A DNA stretch of 64,000 nt. Origin: Tubulanus polymorphus. Taxonomy: Eukaryota; Animalia; Nemertea. Shown piece by piece: positions 46,927 to 59,100 of this stretch. The notes beneath the pieces are model-generated. The model did no database searches and was not told the DNA's origin. It saw nothing but the letters and a program-made list of their open reading frames with translations. The position numbers were made by a program, and so were the translations under genes. Where the stretch lies: assembly GCF_964204645.1 (NCBI RefSeq), contig NC_134027.1, positions 21,662,560 through 21,726,559 on the forward strand. Reading direction: 5' to 3'. The number at the start of each line of letters is the position of its first letter. Position 1 is the stretch's first letter.

Positions 46927-47926
46927 GGGTTGATTTGACTGATTCCCCATGTAACTACCTTGCAAGTTTTATGGTAAACTGCGACTGATAATAGTTGAAT
47001 TAACCCTTATGGGTTAGGCCCTATGGTTCAAACTGTCCTAGGATACTTTTGATCAGTCGTTTTAAAGGAATAGATTATCCGTCGAATTCTGATTGGAGTT
47101 TTGAAAAAAATCTCACATAAAAATAACTGTCCAATTCACGTTATGTATGTTGTGTACTCTGTGTTTCATGAGAAAAGACTATAATGATAGATATTGAGAC
47201 CGATTCAACAAAATCCAGGAGTTGATACAATATACGTATATCGGCAAGCTTATTTGCTTCTGAAGCCAGTTGTATTGTTCGATTTGGTTTCGTGGCCAAC
47301 GTGATGAGTGATAGACCAGGGCAAAATATTCCGCAGCTGCGTGCCGATATCGTCTTTACAATTTTGACACTGGTCTTGAGTTATTAGAACGGCTTAAGAA
47401 CCAAAATGGACTCAGTTCTTAAGATAAGATCAGCCGCATTTGGGTTCACGCCATGACTGTGCAGTTAGGAATTTAGGAAAAAAGTGAACCAATCATTCAA
47501 ATATTCTTTCCATGAAACTCTGCCTGTCTGTCCTGGCATTAGTAAGAAAAATGATATTCGTGATTTCTCTCTTTGATTCGATGATGTCTAGGTATTTTTA
47601 GTAGTAGTAGAGTCTTGCTCTTTCGGTATTGCTTTGTCGTTTGTGTTGGCTTGAATTCTATTTTGTTACTGAACACGTGCGATGAGAGTTCATTATGGAA
47701 AAAATCGCTCAATTTCGTTCATATCAAACTTAAAAGTTAAAATCGATTTTAGCCTCGAAACATAACTTTTTGCGCATTTTGGTCAGTGATCTTTACAGGA
47801 GGTGATGATATAAGACTTATAATGGGGAGCTGCAGCGCCGAGTTTTCCCACCAGGTGGCGAGTGACGAAGACTCGGACATTCATTGTCATCGATACATTA
47901 TCACATGACCTGTGTCCTGTCCTTTT

Positions 47927-47990
47927 GCATGGAGGATAAGGCGTTTGACTCACAACCGAGAGGTTGTCGGTTCGAATCCTAGTGAGACTA
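47927..47990 (+). mobile_element. tRNA-derived SINE head or tRNA pseudogene
   Basis: A-box-like tggaggataagg and B-box GGTTCGAATCC (47969-47979); anticodon and acceptor stems do not pair properly. Confidence 0.55.
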
Positions 47991-48825
47991 TGTTATACAG
48001 GTAGGACACATATCAGTGCCAGTCGACTCACTGATTTAACAACAAAAGTCCGTACCTGGCAAAAATCTTCAACATGATGAATTTGGCCAGTAATAGGTAG
48101 AACTAGAACTAGACCTACCAGAAATATTTTAAATTCATTCTTCTACTCATAACTAACAATAATTATGATCTATTTAAGAGAAAAGTTCATTCGGTTATCA
48201 TTGAAATGTTGAAGACCGAGTAACTACTAGCAACCCTGGTGGAAGGGGTGTTGCAGATTCCCCATTCAAATCCACCTCCAAATCTTGCAGCATCGCGTTT
48301 ATAATTGCTTGCTTCTTCGGACAATTTTGTCGAGTGCAATGTTGTAAATAGTTTTTCTTTCGCGTGTCGTTGTTTTATTTTCTTAGCTTTCATACTTTTT
48401 CGCGACGGTATGAACGTTATTTTTTCGCATAACCAAATATATACTTGCTCATGACCGGGGTTTAAATTACTTTCACCGATTTCGACCGGCACTTTTTTCG
48501 CGATATTCTTTTCGAAATTTTCAGGGTAAACGAAATACGGTAGATTCCTCAGTCCATTCGGTCACGTTGGGGACTGTATCCTACCCTTAGGGCTTGAATG
48601 TTGATTAAGACGAAGTCTGAGTCCCACGATCAAAAAGTCAATAAGTTTGAATATCAATAGTTAAGAATTTGTTTAAAAATCCAAATTTTCAGTTCAAAAA
48701 TTCGGTTTTTTAGATAATTTATTTTAATCTAACAATAACTTATCGGTTTTTTTATTGTGGTACTTAGAAATGATTTTTCATTCGCAACAAACACTTTGCG
48801 AAGATCTACACGTTATCTCGATTAA

Positions 48826-49064
48826 CCCTTTCAGTGCTGACTAATCAATACTCGAAAGTGCTTGAGATAATTTGAAAATTTTTAAAAATACACTGCGCTG
48901 CGGTGTATTGTTAGTTACTAGTATTTCACTTTGTTTGACTGGTGCTGCCACCTTCCAATAGAGATAACAAATTACTAATAATAACATTACACCGCAATAC
49001 AGTGTATAAGCAAAGTCCATCGCTGATTTATACACCGCAGTGCGGTGTAGACGCACTGATAGGG
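48826..49064. mobile_element. piggyBac-like MITE
   Basis: TTAA-ccctttcagtgc ... gcactgataggg-TTAA; related end near 44915-44945. Confidence 0.75.
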
Positions 49065-50433
49065 TTAAGTTAAATCAGTTCATTTTGAATGATTTCAGCT
49101 CTTTTTATTGAGCCAAATTCAACTCGCGACTGAGGGGTTTGTTTATTACCGGATTGTGATGAGGGGGTCTACCGTTCGATTTAGCAACACGTCTCTTATT
49201 TTCAAACCGGAAAGAAAACGTTTCTGGTTATGAAAAGATTTTCATAATTTTTTTGTAATAAAAAAAAAGTTAAATAAATTTGTTGATGCAGGAGGTTTTT
49301 TCAATTCCTGTGAGTTGTTATGGCCCTGGTTACATGTAGCAAGCATATTTAACCCCACCCTACATTTCTACTTTACCTACAACAAAAATACGATATATAC
49401 ATTATATTATACTATTTTTACCTATTATTACCGAAACTGTGATTATCGAAAATTTACAAAAAAAAATAGTTGGAGGGTTCTTTTTATTCACTGAAATCTC
49501 TCGTAGAAAATTAGTTTGATTTTTCAAGGTATTAGTATAGATGGCTACAAATGCATATATTGATTAGCATTGATAGAAATAGCTTTTGAAAAATACGTGT
49601 ACATTAGAGTTTATGCATTATTTCGCTATCACGATGTTGAATTTATTCCAAATTTGGAGAATTCAATATTGAAAAGTGAGCTTTCGTCACAAGTGACATC
49701 ATTGCGCAATGACGTCTGCTAAAAATCGTTCTGTCTGTGCATTACATTTTTCATTAGAAATCTGACCCGTTTTTGAACTCATTGGTTAAGAAATACAGTC
49801 CAATTTGTCAATTAGTCAAACCACTCGAAAATGGACAAATCAGAAAGTCAGATGACGCTCATTGGCTAGGTGGTTTTAGTGTGCTTAGCCAACCCAGACT
49901 TCTTGGGTTGAGCCAACTACCTTCTTAATTTTCAAATGAAAAACTAACAGATAGAATTTTGAACAGGGACAACTGCCAAGAGCACACCTTTTACAGTGCT
50001 AGATCTACTGATACGCAGTGTTTTAAGGGAGCACGACTAGTGCATAATCGTAGTGTATTTTGTATTTATTGGCTCATATTGTAGAGATTTGGTCTCTAGA
50101 AGGTAAATGTTCAAATGGTTCAATAAATCTTATTTAAGTATAGCGTTGGAGCTTGGTTAAATACTGACCGTTTTTTCCAGCTAAATTCAACTTGTTTATT
50201 TGAATTCACTTTTGTATCGAATAAACCACTGTCATTATGGCTCCCAATAAATGGTATATATTATCAATAAATATATATATATACATAATATAGTTGCTTT
50301 TTTCAAGTCTATCTATTTATTGCGGTCACCTTCATCTGTCCATCCAGCAAATTTCCTTGGACCTCCCTACTTCACTTTATTGGACAGGTGAGTAGCATGA
50401 CTGATTATCTGGGCATTTCATTTGCCTTAATTA

Positions 50434-50702
50434 AGCCACGATCACATGGAGACGATTTGGCCTGGATCAGGCCCGAGCCAAATTTGGCCTGTTGGTAATT
50501 AGAGAGCGCGTACACATGCACTGACTTGATATTTAACAAAGTGAAGTGAGTCATTACTGGAACCAGATCACGATCATTTGACCCATGCTAAAATTTGGCT
50601 TGGCCTGGTCAATGTATCTGGACGGGCCAAACTGGCACAGCCCCATTTTGACATCAGTGTGACCAGCTGTTCCGGGCCAAAAACACTTGTATGATCGTGG
50701 CT
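50434..50702. mobile_element. MITE family (other copies 63396-63686, ~51393, ~58470-58645, ~31550-31965)
   Basis: agccacgatcaca ... tatgatcgtggct TIRs; shared internal gatttggcc..gggcc sequences between copies. Confidence 0.7.
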
Positions 50703-53656
50703 TTAAAATGAGTGGATCTGTTTGAAACAGCTCTCGAAAATAAAACGATGTGTCTTGAAGGCAAATTCGCCCGCAGTCCTAAGCTTCCTGTGGAGTAGTT
50801 CTTCAATACAAAGAGAAAAGGATTTTATTCAAACTGGGATTTTATTCAAATTCTGCGAATTCACTTTTACAAAAGCGGACCTTTTTCAGATTTTGGCCGG
50901 TTCGCCTTAACCTCCCACGCTATGGGCCTGTTGGGGTGCTCCGAATGACGAGATAATGTGTCCTAAGTTTGACTAAAAAGAAAAAAACAAACACTTGAAC
51001 TCAAATATTTCATTTGTTTATTGTATACTATTTTCATTAAATTCGTACAACGTAGTTCTTTAAAACCAAATAAATATTCATTTAAAACTAGCCAAGAATT
51101 TACATCACAATATACATATATATATATTCTCATTATAATTATTACCATGTATGTATGTACAGAAACCTATTAACAGCCAAATTATGTATCTGTTGACCTT
51201 GACCCCGCACCCATTCTACTACTACATTCAACGAATTCAACGAATGAAGGTACAGGTACCATACCTATTTCTCAGCCATGCACAATAAATAATGTTTAGA
51301 CATCATTGAATTAAATGGAGGTTCTGCTATATCGTTACAATCGACATCAAGATTAGGAAAATATTAATCCGCGGTGAAAATTTTGTGACACAAGCCGCGA
51401 TCACACGGCGACGATTTTGCCCAAGCCAGAGTCAAATTTGACCCACGCTTAATAAGAGAAGTGAAGCAAGGATCCTGACCATGTTACCCTAATACAGTAT
51501 TGTATTTTAAGTTCCCTTCTGAATTTCGCGGACTAAATATATTTCACCGCCCATCGCTGTCATGCAGTCATTGAAAATCCTGGAAATTCAGGGAATTTGA
51601 AAATAGTTTTTGGCTATTCAAATAGTCCAAAAATTTCAAACTTTACTAGGACAGATCCAGACCCCCGTATTGACTTTACACCTGCAGTGTTAGCGTGTTT
51701 GTGAATACAGGAAGCGCACTAAATTGTCTTCAAATGCTGCCATTCCATCTTTGCAAAAAGGGCACACTAGTAGCAAATAAAGAGATTTATAACATTTTCA
51801 GAACTAATTATTGAATAACTAAGTCAGTTTTATCTCACTATTGGCCATTGACCTTTATATACATAGGGCCTATAGGTACATGTGGTTACACTACATAGTG
51901 TGTTCAAACGTTGTCGGTGAACTATGTTTTAGCGCGAAAATTTGTGCGGGTAGCCGATGGCCCTTATCAAACATATTTCCAATAGTGCACTATGAACTTT
52001 CTAAGGGGCAGGCCTCAAAAGAAGCATATCCTTAGGAAAATTCAAATTTACAAAAGGGTTCTTAGCTCAGAACAGCTGTTCGTTTGAATGAACAAATCCC
52101 TTACCTACAGGCTAGTCTGCCTTTTATGGAAATGAATAATCTAGTACTGTAGCTAGGACCGAGAAGTCAAAAGCACATGATCTCCGTACATATAACTAGG
52201 TAGCTTTTCACAGAGTGTACATACTTTATGATTGGCATATTGGGTATATGTTCAGGGTTCATTGTTGTCAGACATTTAAGCTGAAATCAAGACTTAAAAA
52301 TCAATACTTTTTCACATGAAATATGAAAGCCAACAACAACAACTTTCACGCCAAAACGATTGAGCATGCATGAAGTTGTTGCGCCAGATAGTGACATTAT
52401 GCGAACAGGTTAGAATCCAGCGGAAGAATGAACAAATGCCGAGAATTTATCGCGTCCTACTATCTGAGAAAATGGACCAACACAAAAATACTACTAAGCG
52501 AAGCTCAGGTCGACACAACCCGAATAGATGATTGCAAAAACAGTAATAGTATACACGCGATGGCTGATTCGATTGTCTCACGATCATAAGAGCACTCGGC
52601 TCGACGACGACTCGATCTTCACCGAGTCTAGAAGTCATGTGGCGCAACACTCGTCGCTGATTGGCTACGACGATCTGATAGGCTCGTAGAAAAGTCCTCC
52701 TACAATTCTGCGATCAATCCGTCGCGGTCGTTAGTACGCTAATGTCAAAAAGGTTCAGACTCAGCCTCGTCTGCTTACGATCTGATCGGTTCTTTAGTTG
52801 ACCTGAGCCTCGCGGTTACCGGAATGCTAGAAATCCAAAACCCATTCATCCCGAAAAACGCAAAAAATACAATGTTACATTGACTTTCTCAGTATTTCAA
52901 AGGAAATCAAGACAAATACTGACCCCGACATTTTTTTAAAATGTATACAAATAAATACCGATATGGAAGACTGGCTATGAACCCAAAGTTTCTACTGATA
53001 TCACTGAATATATGTGTATATCATGGGCAGATATAGGGGTGGTTTGAAGGGTCCAGACCCCTGCCCTCCCATTGAGGCTGCCCTTTTTTCAAGGCAGAGA
53101 TTGCTCAAATCTATAAATTTGACACTCATCCTGTTGAAAATTTCATCTTTTAAGATGGATTTTTCAAAATCATCTAACCCTATATGGAGGGACCCCACTA
53201 GTAGGCTTATCTGAATGGGGTGCCTTCTCTGAGAATGCCTTTTCTTTTCAGTCTTCAGGACCTCAGCCTTCCAATTTTCGTAGATCCACCCCTGGGACAT
53301 TGATAAAAATCATCCCATTCTGGATTACATAACAACATAGCAGAACCTACCGTACATAACAATAAAAGATACTTCATGAACAAGATCTTCATGAAAAAGA
53401 ATTGGAGAACATTAATAGTCAACCCACCCTTTTTCCTTGTAATGAAAAATACATGTCGTTAGAACTATTAAAACAATCTTATTCGATACATGTATATCAT
53501 ATATCATTCCCATAGATTTACAGAAAAGCTCAGAATGTTTGTTTTTTTCATCTTTTTTACATGGGCTAAATCCAATTCAAGTGTACAAATCTTAAGAAAC
53601 AGAAAAATGCTATTAAAAATCAAAATGTAAAACAATTTCGAATTCTGCATAATAAC

Positions 53657-53831
53657 TAGTGGAGCCTCGTTATGATAACCTCAGTTAACAACAATTCATA
53701 AATTGATATGAACCTAGAATCTTTTTCCCGATCATTTTTTTCAATCATTTCTAACTGGATATTGAAGAAGTATCGGTTGTAACTAACAGATTTTCTGGCC
53801 CCCTGAAGTTCGTTGTAACGAGGTTCCACTA
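53657..53831. mobile_element. Degenerate Tc1/mariner-like MITE
   Basis: tagtggagcctcgttat / gtaacgaggttccacta. Confidence 0.6.
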
Positions 53832-55475
53832 AACTGCACGAGACAAGAGGTCCACGAACGTTGCTGAAGTTCAGCAGACAGTTCAGGATTATAAGCGAGA
53901 GCCCCGAGTTGGGGGACAACATAGCTTAAGTTATCAAGCATATATTGCCTTGGTGTTTCTTAGTGAATAGAACTCTGAATTTAAAAAAAATTGGCCGAAT
54001 GAAATTGAATTGGAATTTGTGCAAAGCGCCAATAGATTTGATCAATTTACACTAATTTAGTGACGTGACAATGTGGTACCTGCAGACGAGCTGTCCTGTC
54101 AGATGGCGCCACTTTAGATACCTGATGAACTTGACATTAGCAAACCTGGCGGATTATAATGGAATTTTGCTAGCCACACTAGCGTTACCAGTACCACATT
54201 GCAATTTCATTGATGATACCAGGTGGGTATGAATCATATCAAATCAATTTTTGTAATATTAGCGTCCAGATAATAATCTTGCTATCGCGAAAATTCAAAC
54301 ACATGGCTAATTAGCATAATATAGCATCACCAATGAGAGCAATAATGGAATTTATCGGATGGAGCAAATTATTGGGAATAAATACCGACCTTAATGTGTT
54401 TAGTACTACGTAACTGGAACGTTTCACGGAATTCTGTTCTCACCGTTTCATCTTAGAACGGTAAAGATTTAAATGGCACTAGTCGCACATCGAAAGCGTA
54501 CGGTACAAAAGGCGATTTTCGATACATGCCATTTTGTGGGCAATTTATTTCTGGACCAGTGGCCAGAGCAATAAGGAAGACTGTCATTGACGACGAAGTC
54601 AAAAACAGAATGATTCACCATAACATAGCTGAACGCACTGTCCAAAAAATTAATACAAATCATCCGTTAAACTTACATCTTATTAGAAACTAAAAAAGAT
54701 CATCTTAAAACCACGATAATCATTTACAAAAACATTTGGTCTACTCATTAAAAGGTGCCCTTTCACCGAACACTGTCAGTCTAATGGGCCTGTGACACCT
54801 TGACGATTTAGCCATGGTATGCCAATGCATGAAAACTTGGGCAGTTATAACAGTTTTGTTTCAAAACACGGTTTACGGAAACCAGTGCTTCCTGTTTTTC
54901 GGAGCAATACAGACTCGAATGAAGCCAGAAAAGCATTTCCATTTCATGTTTATGTCTTGCTGTGTGCTCTAGCGATGGGTAAGTTTTATTCAAGTTAAGA
55001 ACTGGACGAAGCTTGCTTGTGTTGAGAAAAAGGGTTTGCACACACAGGCTTCAAGTCGAAATAATATGTCCATACAATGCCTAGAATACCCAAAACCCAT
55101 TTCTAACCTACGATAACGTGCTTTAAACCTATGCGTTATCTATATCGAGCTTGTCCCCAACGCATTTCAACATATTTGACATGTGCTCTGGATGACCACA
55201 GAGCGTGTTTCTGACTGAACTGAGTTAAGATTCAAGTAATCATGGGAAAGCATGGGAAAGCATACTCCACATCGATCATTAAACCTATACTTAAATAGAT
55301 AATACGACCATTCCGGTGAAAGACTAGTTCCAATTATGGTACGTAAACACTATTTTGAGTTTCGTCGACAAATCTCATAAGAGCTGGAAAACTTCACAGC
55401 CTATAACCGTTCATTTGAATAAACACTATCAATTCCAGTAAAATTCCGTTCATCGCTGATTGACCAGCTAGTAAT

Positions 55476-55600
55476 CTGGGGCCGATTGCATAGTCATGGC
55501 TTAGAATTAAGACCAGTCTAAGACCAACTTAGTTCTATAGCCAATCTAACAATTTAAGACCACTTTTTGACTTAAGTCACGACTGTGCAACTGGCCCCTG
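55476..55600. mobile_element. Short Harbinger-like MITE, copy 2
   Basis: Matches 46783-46926 with an internal deletion. Confidence 0.75.
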
Positions 55601-55891
55601 GTCTACTGCCTAAAACAATTCCATTCATTTTAGATTAAAAACAGACTTTCCCACTATTAAAAGCGTAAACCGCCAAAATATTCAACAATTGCCATACTAA
55701 AATGCCTAAGCGCAATTTCGAACGCATCATCCTTTTTCCATCATAAACCCATAGGGTTTTAAAACGTATCCAAAACCACTATTCCTTACGTTGTTCCCAA
55801 AACCGTTCCCTCGGCTCACGTTGACGCAGTAACCAGACTTAAAACGGGTCGGAGGCTGGATCGGAATGTTGTTCTTAAAACGGAAATGCCG

Positions 55892-56137
55892 TTACGCTGC
55901 CGTCGTTCGGAGACTTGAATCCTCGTGAAAGAATTCAAATAAACAATAGAGAAACAAAACCGACACGACGAACATGAACGCCCTTCGCGGTCTTTGACTT
56001 CCGACTAAACCGTAGACGACGGTGAAAACGCCTCCTTGCGGCTTGCGTAGAACAATGTACAGTATAATCGAGACCGTGCCCGCTAATGTGATCAGCAAAA
56101 CAATACTTGGTATAAAAGACGGACTGTAACTACGCGC
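55892..56137 (-). CDS. Hexosaminidase terminal exon encoding two hydrophobic segments
   Basis: ttttcag|GCG, phase 0 matching AAG|gtaaat at 56922; IVLLITLAGTVSIILYIVL and AFMFVVSVLFLYCLFEFF. Confidence 0.7.
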   Translation of the reverse strand, partial: ARSYSPSFIPSIVLLITLAGTVSIILYIVLRKPQGGVFTVVYGLVGSQRPRRAFMFVVSVLFLYCLFEFFHEDSSLRTTAA

Positions 56138-59100
56138 CTGAAAAATAAAACAAAATCCTATTGAGTTTTTAACAAGGTCTAAATAATTTTAACATAATCG
56201 CCTCCGATTACAAGCTGTGAATCTCATATTGCCACTGTTGCTAATATGCGATATCTTGGGACCATGCAACAATACATACAACATACTGGTATCTCCTATT
56301 CTATAGCAGGCACCATTGACACTATGAGATATCTCATACTTCTGGGTCTATCACCAATGCGATGCCGGTTCGAGGTATTTCGTACTTCTGGTTACGCCAA
56401 CAATAACACCGAGATATCTGATACTTCTGATTCTACCCCCATGGCCACTATGAGATATCTGATACTTCTGACTCCATCCCCACGGCCACTATGAGATATC
56501 TGATACTTCTGACTCTATCCCCATGGCCACTAAGAGATATCTCATACTTCTGACTCCATTCCCATGGCCACTATGAGACATCTCATAAAGCTGGTTTTGA
56601 CACCATTGTCGCCACTTGAGAATCACTATCAATAAACTTTGTTTCGTCCTCAATGTTCATTGGTCAATTCGGGATAACTTTCAACTATTTACACTAGCCC
56701 AAAGATAACTCATAGCAGCAACAATGATATACATGTACTGTAAAAACCAGTATAAAAGTCGAGTTTTTAACCCCCGATTTTACCACTCAAATATTGACCT
56801 CGACTTATACGCCGCTAGGCCTATATGCTGGTTTTTACAGTTCATGTGATTCAATTTTGGCAGCAGCAGCAGCAGCGGAGATATGAAACAGTTTCATATA
56901 TATTATTGACATTTCATTTACCTTTGCCGACGACAGAAGACGCTCTAATCTGTACGATGAATCTGAATTCATGTTACTACTAGCACTAATCGATTGGAGA
57001 CAGGGTTCTTTAAGATGAACAATCTTAATCTTGCTCTCGCGTTTCTTGCCGTTACTCGGGCACTTCGTTGGACCATTTACTACACCCATTGATATCCCTC
57101 GGCTGATGTCACAAAAAAAAAATGCAAAATGATATAAAATTTTGTATCAGTTCGTATGGTATGACAGGGGCGAATCCAAGCTATATTCCATCCACTGAAT
57201 TTAAGAAAAATGTGACTAACATATATTTCTAGAAGTACCTAATCAGACAAGTCCGGAATCCCTTAGATACAAGCCAAACTACTCATTTTTCTAACTTTTT
57301 AGGAGGTGGACCACAAAACCCCCTTATAATGAGCTACTCCGTCGGCAGATCATTGAGCAATAATTTCTAGGAATATATTCCAATTCAACAGCTGGATCCA
57401 CCCCTGTACGATGTATTCGAAATTTATTCATTCACAGTATGAGCATCGCTGAACCTCGTTGGATACATACTTAGCCATTCTACATCTTTGTTCTTCTAAC
57501 CGATAAGCGGCTGATTGGATATCCCTAACGTTCTGGTTACTCCAGAATCGTTCCGCCGCTGCTGAACCTCTCGGCCTGAAAATACAATTTGTACAATCAC
57601 TTCACTCAGTAAAATGTTAAAAACAAGAGGGTTCTTTGGTTCCCAGTATTGCAACAGGATTGCCACTTTAATTCGCTTTGCTTTCTTCCCGACTATTCCC
57701 TGACATGCCTCAGTCAAATACGTAAAACACAGATGGAAACTGTTTGATTTACGCGCGAACTAGCAATCTCAACAAATATTTCCCTGTCCGGACTGATTTT
57801 TAGCTTCTTTTTACAAAATTCACTGACTAAGCCCCTGACTTTTTTAAAGAAAAGAAAATTCTTCGACTTCTCCCTGATTTCCAGGAAGTGAAAATTATAA
57901 TCAAAGCACCAATTCCCTAGGCATCCATTATTGAATAGTACGATAACCCGACTCAAACGTGGTGAACGGATAAAAAGATTAAAACCCACTATCTACAGAT
58001 TAAAAGAATTTGAAATCAAGAATTTATTTATTCGAAAAATCTAAAATATATAATAAACACGAGGTTACGATCTCACTCTTAACCCGTTCTCCTCTGTATA
58101 TATACCCCTGTTTTTAGTCAATATCTCACACCTGACGATGATCTCTAGGGTGAGATCGAAACGTCGTGTTAATTATATATTTTAGATTGTTCGAATGAAT
58201 AAATTCTTGATTTTAAATTCTTTTAATCTGTAGATAGTGGGTTTTAATCTTTTTATCCATTATTGAATTTCTCACGGTAAGATCATTGGGAATCAGTGAA
58301 GAAGACTACGTTATTTACCAGGTTCTCGATAAGAATTCGCTATCGTCTATATACTCGGCCCACATGGCGAATTCAGCTCCGAGAAATAATTTAGTGTCGA
58401 TCGCCCTTCCTGAAAAAAAAAATAAATCATTTAAAATCAAATAAAACCTAAATGAAGATCAATTTTCGACACCTGAAACTGGGATCACATGAACGTTTTT
58501 GACCCAGGCTAAATTTGGCATTTAATGCATTGACGCATTTGATGAACAAATGATTTATGTGTGAATGCCCGCCCTCTCTTATTAAGAATATGCTAAATCT
58601 GATTCGGTCTGGTCCGGGCCAAATCATCCGTGTAATTGTGTGATTGTGCTTCATCTCATGTCTTGCAAAACTGATAAAACATTTTCACTGGCATTGCCGA
58701 CCATATTGTATAACTACATTTCCTAAATTTACTAGCCCAACAGCCAATCAGGGAGACAAATGCACAACACGTGACATTCAAAATACAGTCCGAAATACTA
58801 GCCATCTATTTACTAGGTCATTTACACCAATCAATCAGATGAACCATTATTTCAGTGGTTATGTAAGCAAATTTGTATCCTATACGCTACCTAAACTCAG
58901 TTTCGGTAACCACCTAATTGCATGGAAAAAAATCTGGTTCCAACTGTATCCATTTAGGCATACTTTACTGTAAAATTACAAAAATTTCTAATTGCCTATT
59001 TCTCAAAATTGAAGGAGTTTCGGCATTTTGCTCAAATTAAAGGAGTGTCAAGCACCTTTAGCAGTGTGGTAGACAATGAAATGTCCTCATTATTAAAGCT

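Noticed and set aside
47927-47990. Functional tRNA-Val(CAC)
   Set aside because: Anticodon and acceptor stems do not pair; kept only as a tRNA-derived remnant.
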